Assembly: GCF_009914755.1 (NCBI RefSeq) | Contig: NC_060926.1 | DNA length: 64,000 nt | Source of the DNA: the human T2T-CHM13v2.0 reference genome, Homo sapiens | Direction: 5' to 3' (one strand) | Shown here: one piece after another, positions 17,063 through 28,871 of the stretch | Position numbering within the stretch: the stretch's first letter is position 1 | How the letters are laid out: the number at the start of each line of letters is the position of its first letter | The notes under the pieces: generated by a model | What the model saw: only the letters and a program-made list of their open reading frames with translations | Told to the model about the DNA's origin: nothing | Database searches by the model: none | Program-made: the position numbers and the translations under genes

Positions 17063-17228
17063 TTACAGAGGATTCTTCACGAAACAGCGGGAATGGCAGG
17101 TGAAGACAAAGAGGCATCCTATCGGAGAGGCAGATAATAACTCGGCTCCTTCCTAGAAATGTGGGTTTGATTAACATTAATTATAACAGCAGCTGAGGGA
17201 AAACCCCACGCGAGACTGGCCAGCGCGT

Positions 17229-17249
17229 GGCATTGTGGGCAATGTAGTC
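17229..17249 (-). promoter_or_regulatory. ZNF143/THAP11-type motif (GACTACATTGCCCACAATGCC)
   Basis: Close to the ACTACAnnTCCCAnAATGC promoter motif; about 270 bp upstream of the SUCLG1 ATG. Confidence 0.7.
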
Positions 17250-18461
17250 TGACGGCCGCGACTGGTTCGTAGCTTTTGAGTGAGGCGGCGGGAAGGGAGC
17301 GAGGGAAGAGCGGCAGTGAGACCGGGGAGACAAGGGACTTGAAGACTAGGAGGGAAGAAACAGCGAGGTGAGGTGCGAAGAGCAGTGCCAGAACTTTGTA
17401 TCCCAGGCCCATCTCCTTCCCCCTTCGTTTTCCTCGTTTGCTATTAGAGAGAATAATATTTCTCACCGCGTACCTGTGCCTGGACCCGGAAGGGTTGCCG
17501 CTGGGGACGGGAATTCGAACTGGCACTGGTGGCCTGTGAAGGGAAAGATGTGATGAGAAAGACCAAAACCTGTCTTACTGACAGTTAACTTCTTGGAATG
17601 TGAATTTTTTTAGTTAAATAATCATGCAGTCTTTGACTAGCACTAAGTGCATGAGTGTTTATTCCCTGAGGATCCTAAGGGCTGAAATTCGAGGTCAAAT
17701 GTGACTTTGCTCCCTGATTGGACAAACAGTTCCCTCTTCTGTAACAGCTTTAGAAGGAACCTCAGAGAGTCCCAGAGTCAAAAGGTAAACAAGAGATGAA
17801 GTAATCTGCGTCTCTGCCGAAAATCGTGCTCCTGAGATTCCTCATCAGAATTGTCAATAAAATTGCAATCCTAATTTACTTAGGTAGTCATTATAATTGG
17901 CACTGAGCTGTGGGATGGATGAGTGGGATTACCCCAGGAGATTGCCCAATACTTCCTTTATGATCCAAATATTGTCATTAACAGGTTGGACTTCACTGCA
18001 AATAAACTCCTCCCTCATGGATCATGTTCTTGTGATAACTAAATTCCTCAGAGTTAAATAGTATCAGTGGTTTCCAGATATATCCATTATAACAAAATGG
18101 ACATTTTTATGGCAAATAAATAGAAAATCCCTTGCTATTTTAAATAGCAAAATTATTCCTGAGCTGTCGCTTGATAAGTTATATGTTTAGTTTCATTTAA
18201 TTGATAAAATGCATGATGACAAAAAATATAATTTCAGTACACTTTTAATGAAAATTTGTATTTCCATGAAGACGGGGATTTTTGTTTGTTTTGTATCCTG
18301 GAGTATCCCCAGCACCTAGAACAATGCCTTACACAAATAACTCATCGTTGAATTGAATTGATATATATAGGAGAAATAGTAGTATATAGATTATTTTTTG
18401 GATCCACAGGCAATGTTTGATGGACTTAGGATATTTCAACCTCTTGTAATAACTGCACCCC

Positions 18462-19109
18462 TGTGGCAGACCAGGTCTCACTAACGCAGGCCTCCATAAC
18501 AATGTTTCAGTGCTGACTGAGTGGTTAAGTTAAATATTAAAAGCCAGTGCCCTTATACAAAGGCTGAGATGTAACAGAAACCCACCAAGGGTTTTGCCTA
18601 GGCCTTTCCTGGGCCTTGAAGCATGACAAATTAATGAAGAAATTCTTAACAGGACCCATTTAGGATTAAACAAGTTTTATTGGAGGTCCGAAGAAACTCC
18701 CCAGGCCTCCACAAACAAGTTTATTGGAGGTCTGAAAGAACTCTCCAAACCTCTGTGATTTAGCAGGGGATAAGATAAGGGTAATCACCCCAGCACCTAA
18801 ACCCATGTAGATTAAGTAAATTTATTGAGGCTTCAGAGGATGGTCTTCAGTACTCAGACCTTAGTTATAGATTAAAAGAAGTTAATCACTTATGTCTTTA
18901 GATAAATGCACACTTACAAGTAAACATATAGCTTAGAAGGTATATAAGCTCTGGAAAACTGTAATTTTAAGTTGGTCTGATGATAATTTCCAGGGCTTCT
19001 CCCTGTAATCGGTTGCAGAAATAAAAACTCTCTTCCTCCCCAGTTCATCTACATCTCATTATTGGGCCACAAAAAATAGCAGCCCAACCCTCAGTTTGGT
19101 CCGGGAACA
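18462..19109 (+). mobile_element. ERV1 solo LTR (LTR15-like)
   Basis: TG...CA termini, 4-bp TSD CCCC (18458-18461 / 19110-19113), TATA-like tatataag at about 18941, AATAAA at 19020-19025. Subfamily name from memory. Confidence 0.8.
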
Positions 19110-19189
19110 CCCCTACCTCAATTCTGTAGCTCATAGGTAGGGGACAACCACACTAGTCAATACCACACCACTCATCTTTGTATGCAGAT

Positions 19190-19390
19190 TGAGTTTGGAA
19201 ATCAGACAGGTCTGGGTTCAAATTCCAACTCTGCCACTGGCTACATGACCTCTGGGTTTCAGGTTTTATTACTGAGATGGGTATGAAACTCCCTATTTCA
19301 TAAGAGTGTTGTGAACATTTAATACATTTAGTATATAAAGCTACTGTCACCTTGTACCAAATAGTCGATAATGGTAGTTATTATCATTAA
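19190..19390 (+). mobile_element. MIR SINE
   Basis: ggaaatcagacaggtctgggttcaaattccaactctgccact... Confidence 0.7.
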
Positions 19391-19666
19391 AGAACTGTCT
19401 TTTTTACATGGCAGGATCATGTTTTAAAGGTTTTAACTAAAGTGAGTAACCAAATTAGAATAGGATATTTCTATTTGTCTCAAAACTTTGTCTAAAGCTC
19501 TAAAGCTGAAGACAACAAGCCTTACCTCCACATCCATAAGGAGGGCAGTCTAGGAGCTACTTCTCTCTGAAGTTTGATAGGAAGTGGCCAAACTTGTCTT
19601 TGAATTCTCACCCCCACATCCCAGCCGGCTCAGATAAGCAAAAGACTAGAATTCACTGTATGAGGG

Positions 19667-20241
19667 TGTGAAAGGAAAATAAATCTCGGGACCCCAAAGT
19701 CATCAAGCCAAGAGAAAAGTCCAGCTGGGAACTGCCTGAGGCAAACCTACCTCCCATTTTATTCCTAAATAATATAGCTACAAAGATAATAAGCTACATA
19801 CCTCCCTCACAATTTGCCCACAGGAAATTCCTGGTGGATAAAGGACAGGCAGAACTCAGTCATCACTCTGAGGCTCACCTGAGACAGATGCATATCTGAT
19901 TGCTCCCTCTGCCCTATTGTTTATGTAAAAATGCAGATTCACTGAGCCAGACTAAATTGTGTATTCAGTGGAAGGCTGATCAAGGACTCAAAAGAATGCA
20001 ACCTTTTGTCTCTTATCTACTTCTAACCAGGAAGTCCCTGCCTTACTGGATGGACCAATGTACATCTTACAAATATTGATTGATATGTCATGCCTTCCTA
20101 AAATGTATAAAAGCAAGCTGTACCCCCAACCACCTTGGGCACCTGTCATCCAGACTTCCTGAGTCACGAGTGCATCCTTAACCTTGGCAAAATAAATTTT
20201 CTAAATTGACTGAGACCTGTCTCAGATATTTTGGATTAACA
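19667..20241 (+). mobile_element. MER4-family solo LTR (MER4A-like)
   Basis: Starts TGTGAAAGGAAAATAAATCT, ends TTAACA; 4-bp TSD AGGG (19663-19666 / 20242-20245); AATAAA at 20191-20196. Confidence 0.85.
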
Positions 20242-22103
20242 AGGGGACTGATGCTTCTGAGTCTACAGTTGGCAGTTTAATGTTCTTGTTTCCTTCCACT
20301 CCCAGCCAAGTTTGTGGGTGAGGGCTTCTTACCAAAACATTACTGGTATTAAATCTCAGGATAAATCCCTATAGAACTGCAGAAATTCATGAGTCCACCT
20401 TAGTTAGCTAGATAGGTCTTGGTCAGAGAATGCTTGAGGAAACCTGAATTTGGAAGGCAGGCCTAACTGTTAAGGCTATGTCTGCCTCCTTCCTAGAGAA
20501 TTGCAATGGCAGGAAGCTAGCTGGAGCAGTCCTCATCAGCAGGCAGGGCAATATTTGGTGTATCAAGATGTGTTAATATTCCTGTGAGTAAAATGCATAC
20601 CAAGAAAGAAAGTTGAACCTCCCCCTGAGAGACATGCCATCCTCTGAGGCAAGGAACCCTAGCATAAAAGACTGTAGAAAACCCCCAGAGGGAGGAGGAA
20701 GGCAGGAAGAGTTACAAGGAGGCCAGCCAAAGAGTACCTAACTCACGTCAGGATACTGTGCAGGGGAGTGGGGGAGGAGTTTCTGAAAAATCCATGAAGT
20801 GCTCAGAAAGAGCCAGCATTCCAAAGAGAGAATAGAACATCAGGAGAGAACCACAAATAATACCATCTAAGAGATTGTATCCAAACCAAACCCCACTACT
20901 GCAGGAACATACAGCAAGGGTGTGAAGGGAGGAGGAGTAAAAGAAGAGGGGGAGACAGACCTCAGCCCCTTCCTTCCCAGCTGCAGGTTGTGGAGCCACA
21001 GATCATGCCAGACCTGGGAGGGAGGGAGGAGCTTTAAATTAGGTATAAGTTTGAAGTTTTTAATTGGATTGGATGGAACCTTTAGTTGTTGGTTTTTGAA
21101 ATAGGTAATTTATTACCATGGATGAAAATTCAAAAGGTACAATAAGTATTAAAATATAAGCAGTGAGAAATCTTCCTTCTAGTCTCCCCACCACCTGGTT
21201 CTCCCAAAGGGAAGCCAGTACTATCCAGTTTCTTGTGTATCCTTCCAGAGCGTTTTTTGTGTGTGTATTCAAGCATATACATATATCCCTTCCCCCTACC
21301 CCACCCTTCCATGTTCTCACTAATGTGTGAATAAACAGGGACAATTAGAGATATGTGCGGAGTCAGGAGACTCAGCAGTCTGGGTGGCTGGTGTGTAGAG
21401 TAGCAGCTCCAGGGGGTATCTTTTCTGCAACCAAGAATCTTGACAAGACTGAGCTAAGTAATGAGTTTCAATCTGTTGGAGCAAAGTCTCTCATTTGCGT
21501 TTTTTTCATTTGCATTGTTTTTAACGAAATAAATTCATTATAGTCCCTCATGTGTGGAATCCAGTCAGAGCAGAAGGGAGAAGAGTTGACCAAGATTTGG
21601 AGTTTTCTGCCTATTCGATAAATTTTGGCTCCTTATGTTGAAAAGCAATTATAGTTCTATATCTTACCTTGATTTTTTGTGACCCCCCATTCTACCAGAA
21701 TGTCAGATTCTTTTCCTTTCACCAGAGTTTTGTCTAAATTCCTGGAGTGATGCTAGGGTGAGGTGGATGTAGTGTAAGGAGTACTTTGTCTTCTGTCTGT
21801 GCTGGCATCTCCTGATACATACATCCTTCTATCTGGTCCTTAGCTGTGGTCCAAGCTACTGCTGCATCATCATTTACTCCTACTTTGAAGGCCTGTTTTG
21901 CTCTGATTCTGTCAGCTCTCTCTGGGCTCTTCTCAGGCATATGAGAACCTTTCAGCCTCCGTGGGCTACAAGAAACATCCCCGCTCGCCAAAACATACCA
22001 TTTAGCTGCATCTTGCCACCAGTTTGCATCCTTGCTCTGACATGCACTCTTGCTGTCTTGCTCTGTCTCTCCTACTCCCCCAGAAGTTCCAGCTTTGTGG
22101 ACT

Positions 22104-22657
22104 TGTTACAAGACAGTGGTCCTGATCCAGATCCCAAGAGAGGGTTCTTAGATCTCATGCAAGAAAGAATTCAGGGCAAGTCCACAGGGCAAAGTGAAAG
22201 CAAGTTTATTAAGAAAGTAAAGGAATAAAAGAATGGCTACTCCATAAACACAGCAGCCCCGAGGGCTGCTGGTTGCCCATTTTTATAGTTATTTCTTCAT
22301 GATATGCTAAACAAGGGGTAGATTATTCATATCTCCCCTTTTTAGACCATATAGGGTAACTTCCTGATGTTGCCATGGCATTTGTAAACTGTCATGGCAC
22401 TGGTGGGAGTGTAGCAGTGAGAATGACCAGAGGTCACTCTGGTCACCATTTTGGTTTTGGTGGGTTTTGGCTAGCTCCTTTACTGCAAACTGTTTGATCA
22501 GCAAGGCCTTTATGACCTGTATTTTGTGCTGACCTCCTATCTCATCCTGTAACTTAGAATGCCTTAAGTGTCTGGGAATGCAGCACAGTAGGATTCAGCC
22601 TCATTTTACCCAGCTCTTATTTAAGATGGAATTGCTCTGGTTCACACGCCTCTGACA
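22104..22657 (-). mobile_element. MER41A 3' LTR of host ERV1 provirus
   Basis: Minus strand starts TGTCAGAGGCGTGTGAACCAGAGCAA; 554 bp; preceded by polypurine tract AAAAGGGAGGGGGGAAA (22658-22674). Confidence 0.9.
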
Positions 22658-22910
22658 TTTCCCCCCTCCCTTTTATAAGAGAACCCTTAATTCTAAGGGT
22701 TGTAGAGGGGCAAAGATCCATATTCTCTAACTTCTTCAGGCTGAATGAGGCAATGATATTCCTGCCTAACTGTGAGGGTCTCTTGCATTCAAGGTAGAGA
22801 GGAGCTCAGTCAGAAGGCCTCGTTATGGTAAGGTCCATTCATAACGCTTGAGTTTTGACAAAAGGTGATATCTGGAAGATTAGTAAGTGTTTAATTTAAG
22901 AAAACATTCA

Positions 22911-23293
<383 letters not shown>

Positions 23294-25562
23294 TTATTCC
23301 AAGAAAACTAAATTAGAAAGCTTTCCATGGACTGGGCAATTGAATTGTTGGAACCAAGCTGATACGGGGTTGCTAGATGATTCCAATATGTGCCCAGGAT
23401 TAGAGTATTGATCCAAATTTTTACATTACCCAACCCTCTTGTTTCTTCTGAGTAGCAGTCAGAGATTACTAGTTGTTTCACAGGAATAAGCAGGGTTAGC
23501 CTAAATTGCAAAGACAAACTTAAAAACAATTGATAAGACTAGAATCTAATAATTCCAATTTTTACTAAAGACAAAGCATGATAAGACCAATTTGTTTTAT
23601 TATACTTGGCCTGATTATTTGTATAAAGTACAGCAAGAATAATTATTTTTCATGTAAGCTCTTTTTAAGTTGGCTTTGATGGAACTCTCTTCCATAGAAC
23701 AATCTCAGATAAGACTTTTTTAAAGCCAAGCCCTGCCATAGGTTTGTATCCTCAAATACCTATGAGTTGGGTAAATTTCTCTCCTTTTGAGGTCCCAAGG
23801 TAACCTGGGGCTCCTGGACCTGTGAGAACGTGGCATTCTTTACTTACCGTTATTTACTTAACTTCTTTACTTACAGGCCAGAAACCCTGTACAGGGATTG
23901 TGTAGGCAAGGTATGAGGCCAGTTCCCCAAAGGGCTTTTATTGGCTCTACAAGTCAAGTTTGATTCCTTAAAGGAAAGCACACCATTCCAGTCAAAGCCT
24001 TGGTAAAATAATCAATTTCTCCAATTGTGTCCTGTTACAAAAGAAAACAGATTCTTATTGCACTTATGCAAATAACTATATTGCTATAAATTAAGAATAC
24101 TCTCAGTTTCCAAATTTTGGAGAAATCAGGTAGAGAGAAACAAATATGCTGCAAATTTTGTTCACAGTAGCTTACTCTACTCAATTGCTAAAACCTGTAA
24201 ATAGCTCAAAAAAAAGTTTCCTCGATTCTGAAAAACAAAACAAAGGATCAGCAATATTTTAAGCAAAGTTAAAAAGATTAGGCTTCTTCAGCTTAGTTCA
24301 TGTAGTTAACTTCTGTTTAATAGTTATGAACATTATAGCTCTCTATGAGAGTTCTGAAAATGTTTTCCTCTATTCTGATGTCACAGTCTCCACTTATCAG
24401 AAAACCTGCATTTAAGAATACCAGTTAGAGTTCTATAATTGATTATAAACCAACTTCTAAAGAGGATTAAAACAAGGTAACAATCATTTGTGGATGACAA
24501 AACGTCTTAGGATAGCCACAGTTAAAAACATGATTGACAAAGAAATTTGGTTACCTCTGTGGCATACAATAATTCAAAACAACAATTATAATCATTACTG
24601 ATAATGTACACTAAGTCATATCAAAATTATAGGAGTTTCCCATAGTTTTGGAACACATATACCAATAACACATTTATAGAAATACAGCCCAAAGAAAACC
24701 AAACACCGTTTTTACAAATTTTTGTTAAAGAGCAGATCATAAGCAGGTTTTTGCTCTAAGAAAAACCTGGTTTGCATTTATTCCAATGTTCAGTTTACAG
24801 AAAAACTGAATACCCCTTTAACTTTAGCCAGTGTGTTCACGCAGAATCTCTTTTACAATTAATGTTTCACAAAACTTTTACAACTTGCTTAAACCTTCAG
24901 ATTTATCCTAACTTAAAACAATCCTTTAATCCTTTAATCTAGGCAAGAAAAATCCACATTCCCATGCCTTCTTACAATCTTTTTTTTACCATAAACACAT
25001 TTTACTTTTCTTACACATCTTGCATATAAAACTGTTTCTTCAAGAGTCTCAATTACATGTTACAGTGTTAACGCTTAGCAACTTTTATTTTTGATGAAAA
25101 CCTTGACAAGTTCAAGATTTTAATTATGTGCCAGGTGTGGAGCCTAGCCTAGGAGACAACAGGCAGAAGTGCAGATAAGAGCTGACTCCAGCATAGCTAG
25201 GAGGCTAACTCCACATGTCCCAAGGCCGTACCTTACTTAAGCAAGCAAGTTGTAGAGTGAGAGTCATAGTGGCATTTTATGAGGCATTTAGGAGGTCTAA
25301 CAACCTTTGAATTGTACAACATTTCTTGCATAAACCCTTTCATGGCTTACACAGACCATCTGAGACATTCTTGGACTTTCTGACTTGCCCTAAACATCCC
25401 TCCTTTTAAACAACCAGTCATTTTACTTTAGGACAAGAATTTAACATATGAGATCCTTTCTTATATAAAATCTCTCTATTTATAATCTTTGTGTAGCTAG
25501 GGGACATGGCTAATTCCACATGTCCCCAGGCCTTATCTAGAATCTAATGGCTTTAAGGTAGG

Positions 25563-25800
25563 TAAATTGAACAGTTTTTAAAAGTTAAAGAGGTGGTTTA
25601 TGACCTTAAAGCATTTAGCAAACTTAATCTGACCTGCATAATTTAGACTAAATGTTTTTCTTTTATCAATAATTTTTAATAAATTGAACACTTTTTAAAA
25701 GTTAAAGAGGTGGTTTATATGACCTTAAAGCATTTAGCAAACTTAATATCTGACCTACATAATTTAGACTAAATGTTTTTATTTTATCAATAGTTTTTAA
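25563..25800 (+). repeat. About 120-bp tandem duplication (2 copies)
   Basis: Copies at 25563-25679 and 25680-25800, both starting taaattgaaca and ending tttttaa. Confidence 0.9.
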
Positions 25801-27942
25801 AGCTGTTTTTATTTCCCAAAGATTACTAAAGTTACCTGAAGTAAAAAGCGTTAGTTTTTATTTAACTTTCAAAATATTTGATTTAAGTGCTTATTTTTAT
25901 TTAAGGCAATTAATTAGAGTTTTTTTATATAAACATTACACACAACACATATATAGCTACACACAAAGACAGAAGAAGATTACTACAGTAGTTGTAAGAT
26001 TTTTCATTTGCCGGTTTTTAAGTTTCTTAATTGGATTACTAGCTTTAGGGTGGAGCCCTTGGAAGAACAGGGCCAGGAAAGGGTCTGTGGTGCCTCCTGT
26101 TTACCCCAAGGAGTCCAGGCTGTTAGAGCTTGAATATCTGTTTTTAACTAAACTGATTTTAACCATAGCACTCTTTAATAAAGCCCTTTTAGAATTTCTT
26201 ATGCCAAATGACTGATATTTCTGGCTTTTGAACTTTACCAAAGATAACCTCCCAGGTGCTTAGAGAAAAGAAAATTTAAGACAGTACAGGGAGGAGAAGA
26301 GAATAGACAAGGTCACGCATATATTAAATCAGAGATTACTTACTTCGTAGGTGGGGAATCAAACCTGGATTGCCACTGTGAAAGTGCAAAACCTTGGCTA
26401 GTGAGCTACAGCATGGGGCAGTCTCCATTTCCTTTCCTAGAAGAAGTCTAGGGTCATTAATTTTGAGTTTTCAAAGACTTTTAACTATTTAATATGATTT
26501 TTTAGAGCTAACTATGACATGAACCCTAAAATTTCTGTTCCCTGGAAGGCAGAGACCAAGAGAAAGTACCGCCACATGATCAAAAGGTCAAGCTTCCAAG
26601 GACATATAATGAGGTGGAGACTTCATCCGGTTTTTTTGTTTGTTTCAGGGACCTGCAGCCAAGTTTGTTACTGACCAGCTTGTTGGGTTGTCTTGAAAAG
26701 TGGGCTTACAGGTGTTCTAAGCCCATGTTTTATCCTAAAGTACCCCTTGACACAGAAAAACAAATTCATAGCACAAAATATACCAGCTTAAGACTAGCCT
26801 TAGAATTCTTTTTCTCATTGATCAAAATTTTACAGAGGAGATAAACACTGATTTTTTTTCCCATTCGTTCAACCGTTTGCACAGAGAGAGAGAAGCCAGA
26901 AATCTGACTGGTAAGAAATTCTTACCCTTTTGCCAGCATGCCAGGTTTCTGGGTTCTCTTTCCCTGAGTGGCCCTAGTGATCCAGCCTGTTGCACCATCA
27001 CCCTGGGGGCCAAGCCACATCATAAAGGAAAAAATTTTTTTTTTCTGGCCAAAGCAAAATACATGTGATAAAACATAGTCATTAGCCACTCTGCTTAGCA
27101 CCCATTATCAAACTGGCAAGGCTTAAATTTGCCCCTAGATGGGCCCCGTCATCTTTAATCCAACCTCTGACGTGGAGTTTCAACATGTGGTCTCTGGGCA
27201 AGATGGTTGCCCTGAGTAACAGAAAATATAGGAAAAGAAAAGTAGAGAAGTAAAGTATTGCCTGTGGCAGCGTGGGGAAGGTGAAGCACTTAGGGAGGCC
27301 AGAGAAAAGACCCCCTCATTGCAGCCAACAATGAAAAGTACAGTTGGCCGCTTGTCGGTAACAAAGGGATCTTTTCCAGCAGTCCCATCAGCTCTCAAAT
27401 TTCTCTTTTTAGGGAGGAAAAAGCTCCCCATGCCCCACAATCCTGTACCTGCCTAACCCTGTAACCCACAGCCAACAGCAAAGCATGCAAGGCAGATTAT
27501 TCCAAAGAGAATAGCATTTAACATCCTATAGTGCCAAACCTGTACTTAGCCAAGAGGGACTTTACCAAGTGGGGCCTCTAACCCCCTAAATCTTAGAAAG
27601 GACTCTAACCCTCATAAGTTGGGCCTTTAACCCAACGTTGGTCAAGCATCCTTGCCTTTTATGAAGAGGGGCCTCTAACCCACTCTGTCTTAAGGAGAGA
27701 CATTAACTCTCCTAAGTTGGGCCTCTAACCCAATCCCATTCTTTACCTGAGTATATGCACTCCACTTACCCAAAGTCAGCCAGTCGGTGCATGCAGATGA
27801 TTTTCCTATGAGTCGGGGGTCTCTTCAGTATCATCCCTTCTGTGGTTCGCCAGAAATATGTTACAGGACACCAACACTTACCCAAAGGTAGCCATTGGGT
27901 CAGGGTTTCTGCACTATAGTCCCCTATGGGCTGCCAGAAATA

Positions 27943-28456
27943 TGTTACAGGACAAAGGTCCCAATCCAGACCCCAAGAGAGGGTTCTTGGATCTTGCACA
28001 CAAAATAATTCAGAGCAAGTCCACAGTGCAAAGTGAAAGCAAGTTTATTAAGAAAGTAAAGGAATAAAAGAATGGCTACTCCACAGACAGAGCAGCCCTG
28101 AGAGCTGCTGGTTGCCCATTTTTATGGTCATTTCTTGATGATATGCTCATCAAAGCTTGGGTTATTCCTGATTCCCCTTTTTAGACCATGTGGGGTAATG
28201 TCCTGACATCACCATGGCATTTGTAAATTGTCATGGTGCTGGTGAGAGTATAGCAGTGAGGACAACCAGAGTGACCTCTGGTCAGCTGGTTTTGGTATGT
28301 TTGGGCCAGCTCCTTTACTGCAACTTGTTTTATGAGCAAAGTCTTTATGACCTGTATTTTGTGCTGACCTCGTATCTCATCCTGTGACTTAGAATGCCTT
28401 AACCATCTGGGAATGCAGCCCAGTAGGTTTCAGCCTCATTTTACCCAGCTCCTGTT
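27943..28456 (-). mobile_element. MER41A 5' LTR, major part (interrupted)
   Basis: Colinear with 22104-22620; breaks off at cagctcctgtt. Confidence 0.9.
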
Positions 28457-28871
28457 TGTTGGGGTGATCACACCCAACACCAGGTCATGGGGGCGACGAA
28501 GTCCGGTGGAGTCAAAGGATTGAGAAAAAGACAGTTTGAGAGAGAAAGTGGGACCAGGGGGCCATCGCAATTGTGGAGGCTGCAAAGGCCCCGAGCTCTG
28601 GGAGCCATGCTATTTATTGGTAATCCAACAAAGAAACAGCTGATGAGAATGTGGGGGTCAAAAGGGCAGGCACATGATCTACAGCTGTGACAGTTTAGCA
28701 TTTATATGGAACATGTTCTGCTACTTGAGATAATGGGCATACAATTGATCTAGGAGCCTGGGAGGGCTAGAAGCAAGGAGCCAGCAAGTCTAGACACATT
28801 CCAGAGGACATTATGTCAGACATGCAAGCCCTGCCTCAGCTTTTTTCCCAACACTCAGCTTTTTCCCAACA
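28457..28871 (-). mobile_element. 3' LTR of nested provirus (LTR14-like, 415 bp)
   Basis: Minus strand TGTTGGGAAAAAGCTGAG...CCCCAACA; PPT AAAAAAGAGAAGGGGAG at 28874-28890. Confidence 0.9.

Noticed and set aside
22104-22657. Interferon-inducible MER41 enhancer
   Set aside because: The tandem GAS motifs characteristic of MER41B are absent.
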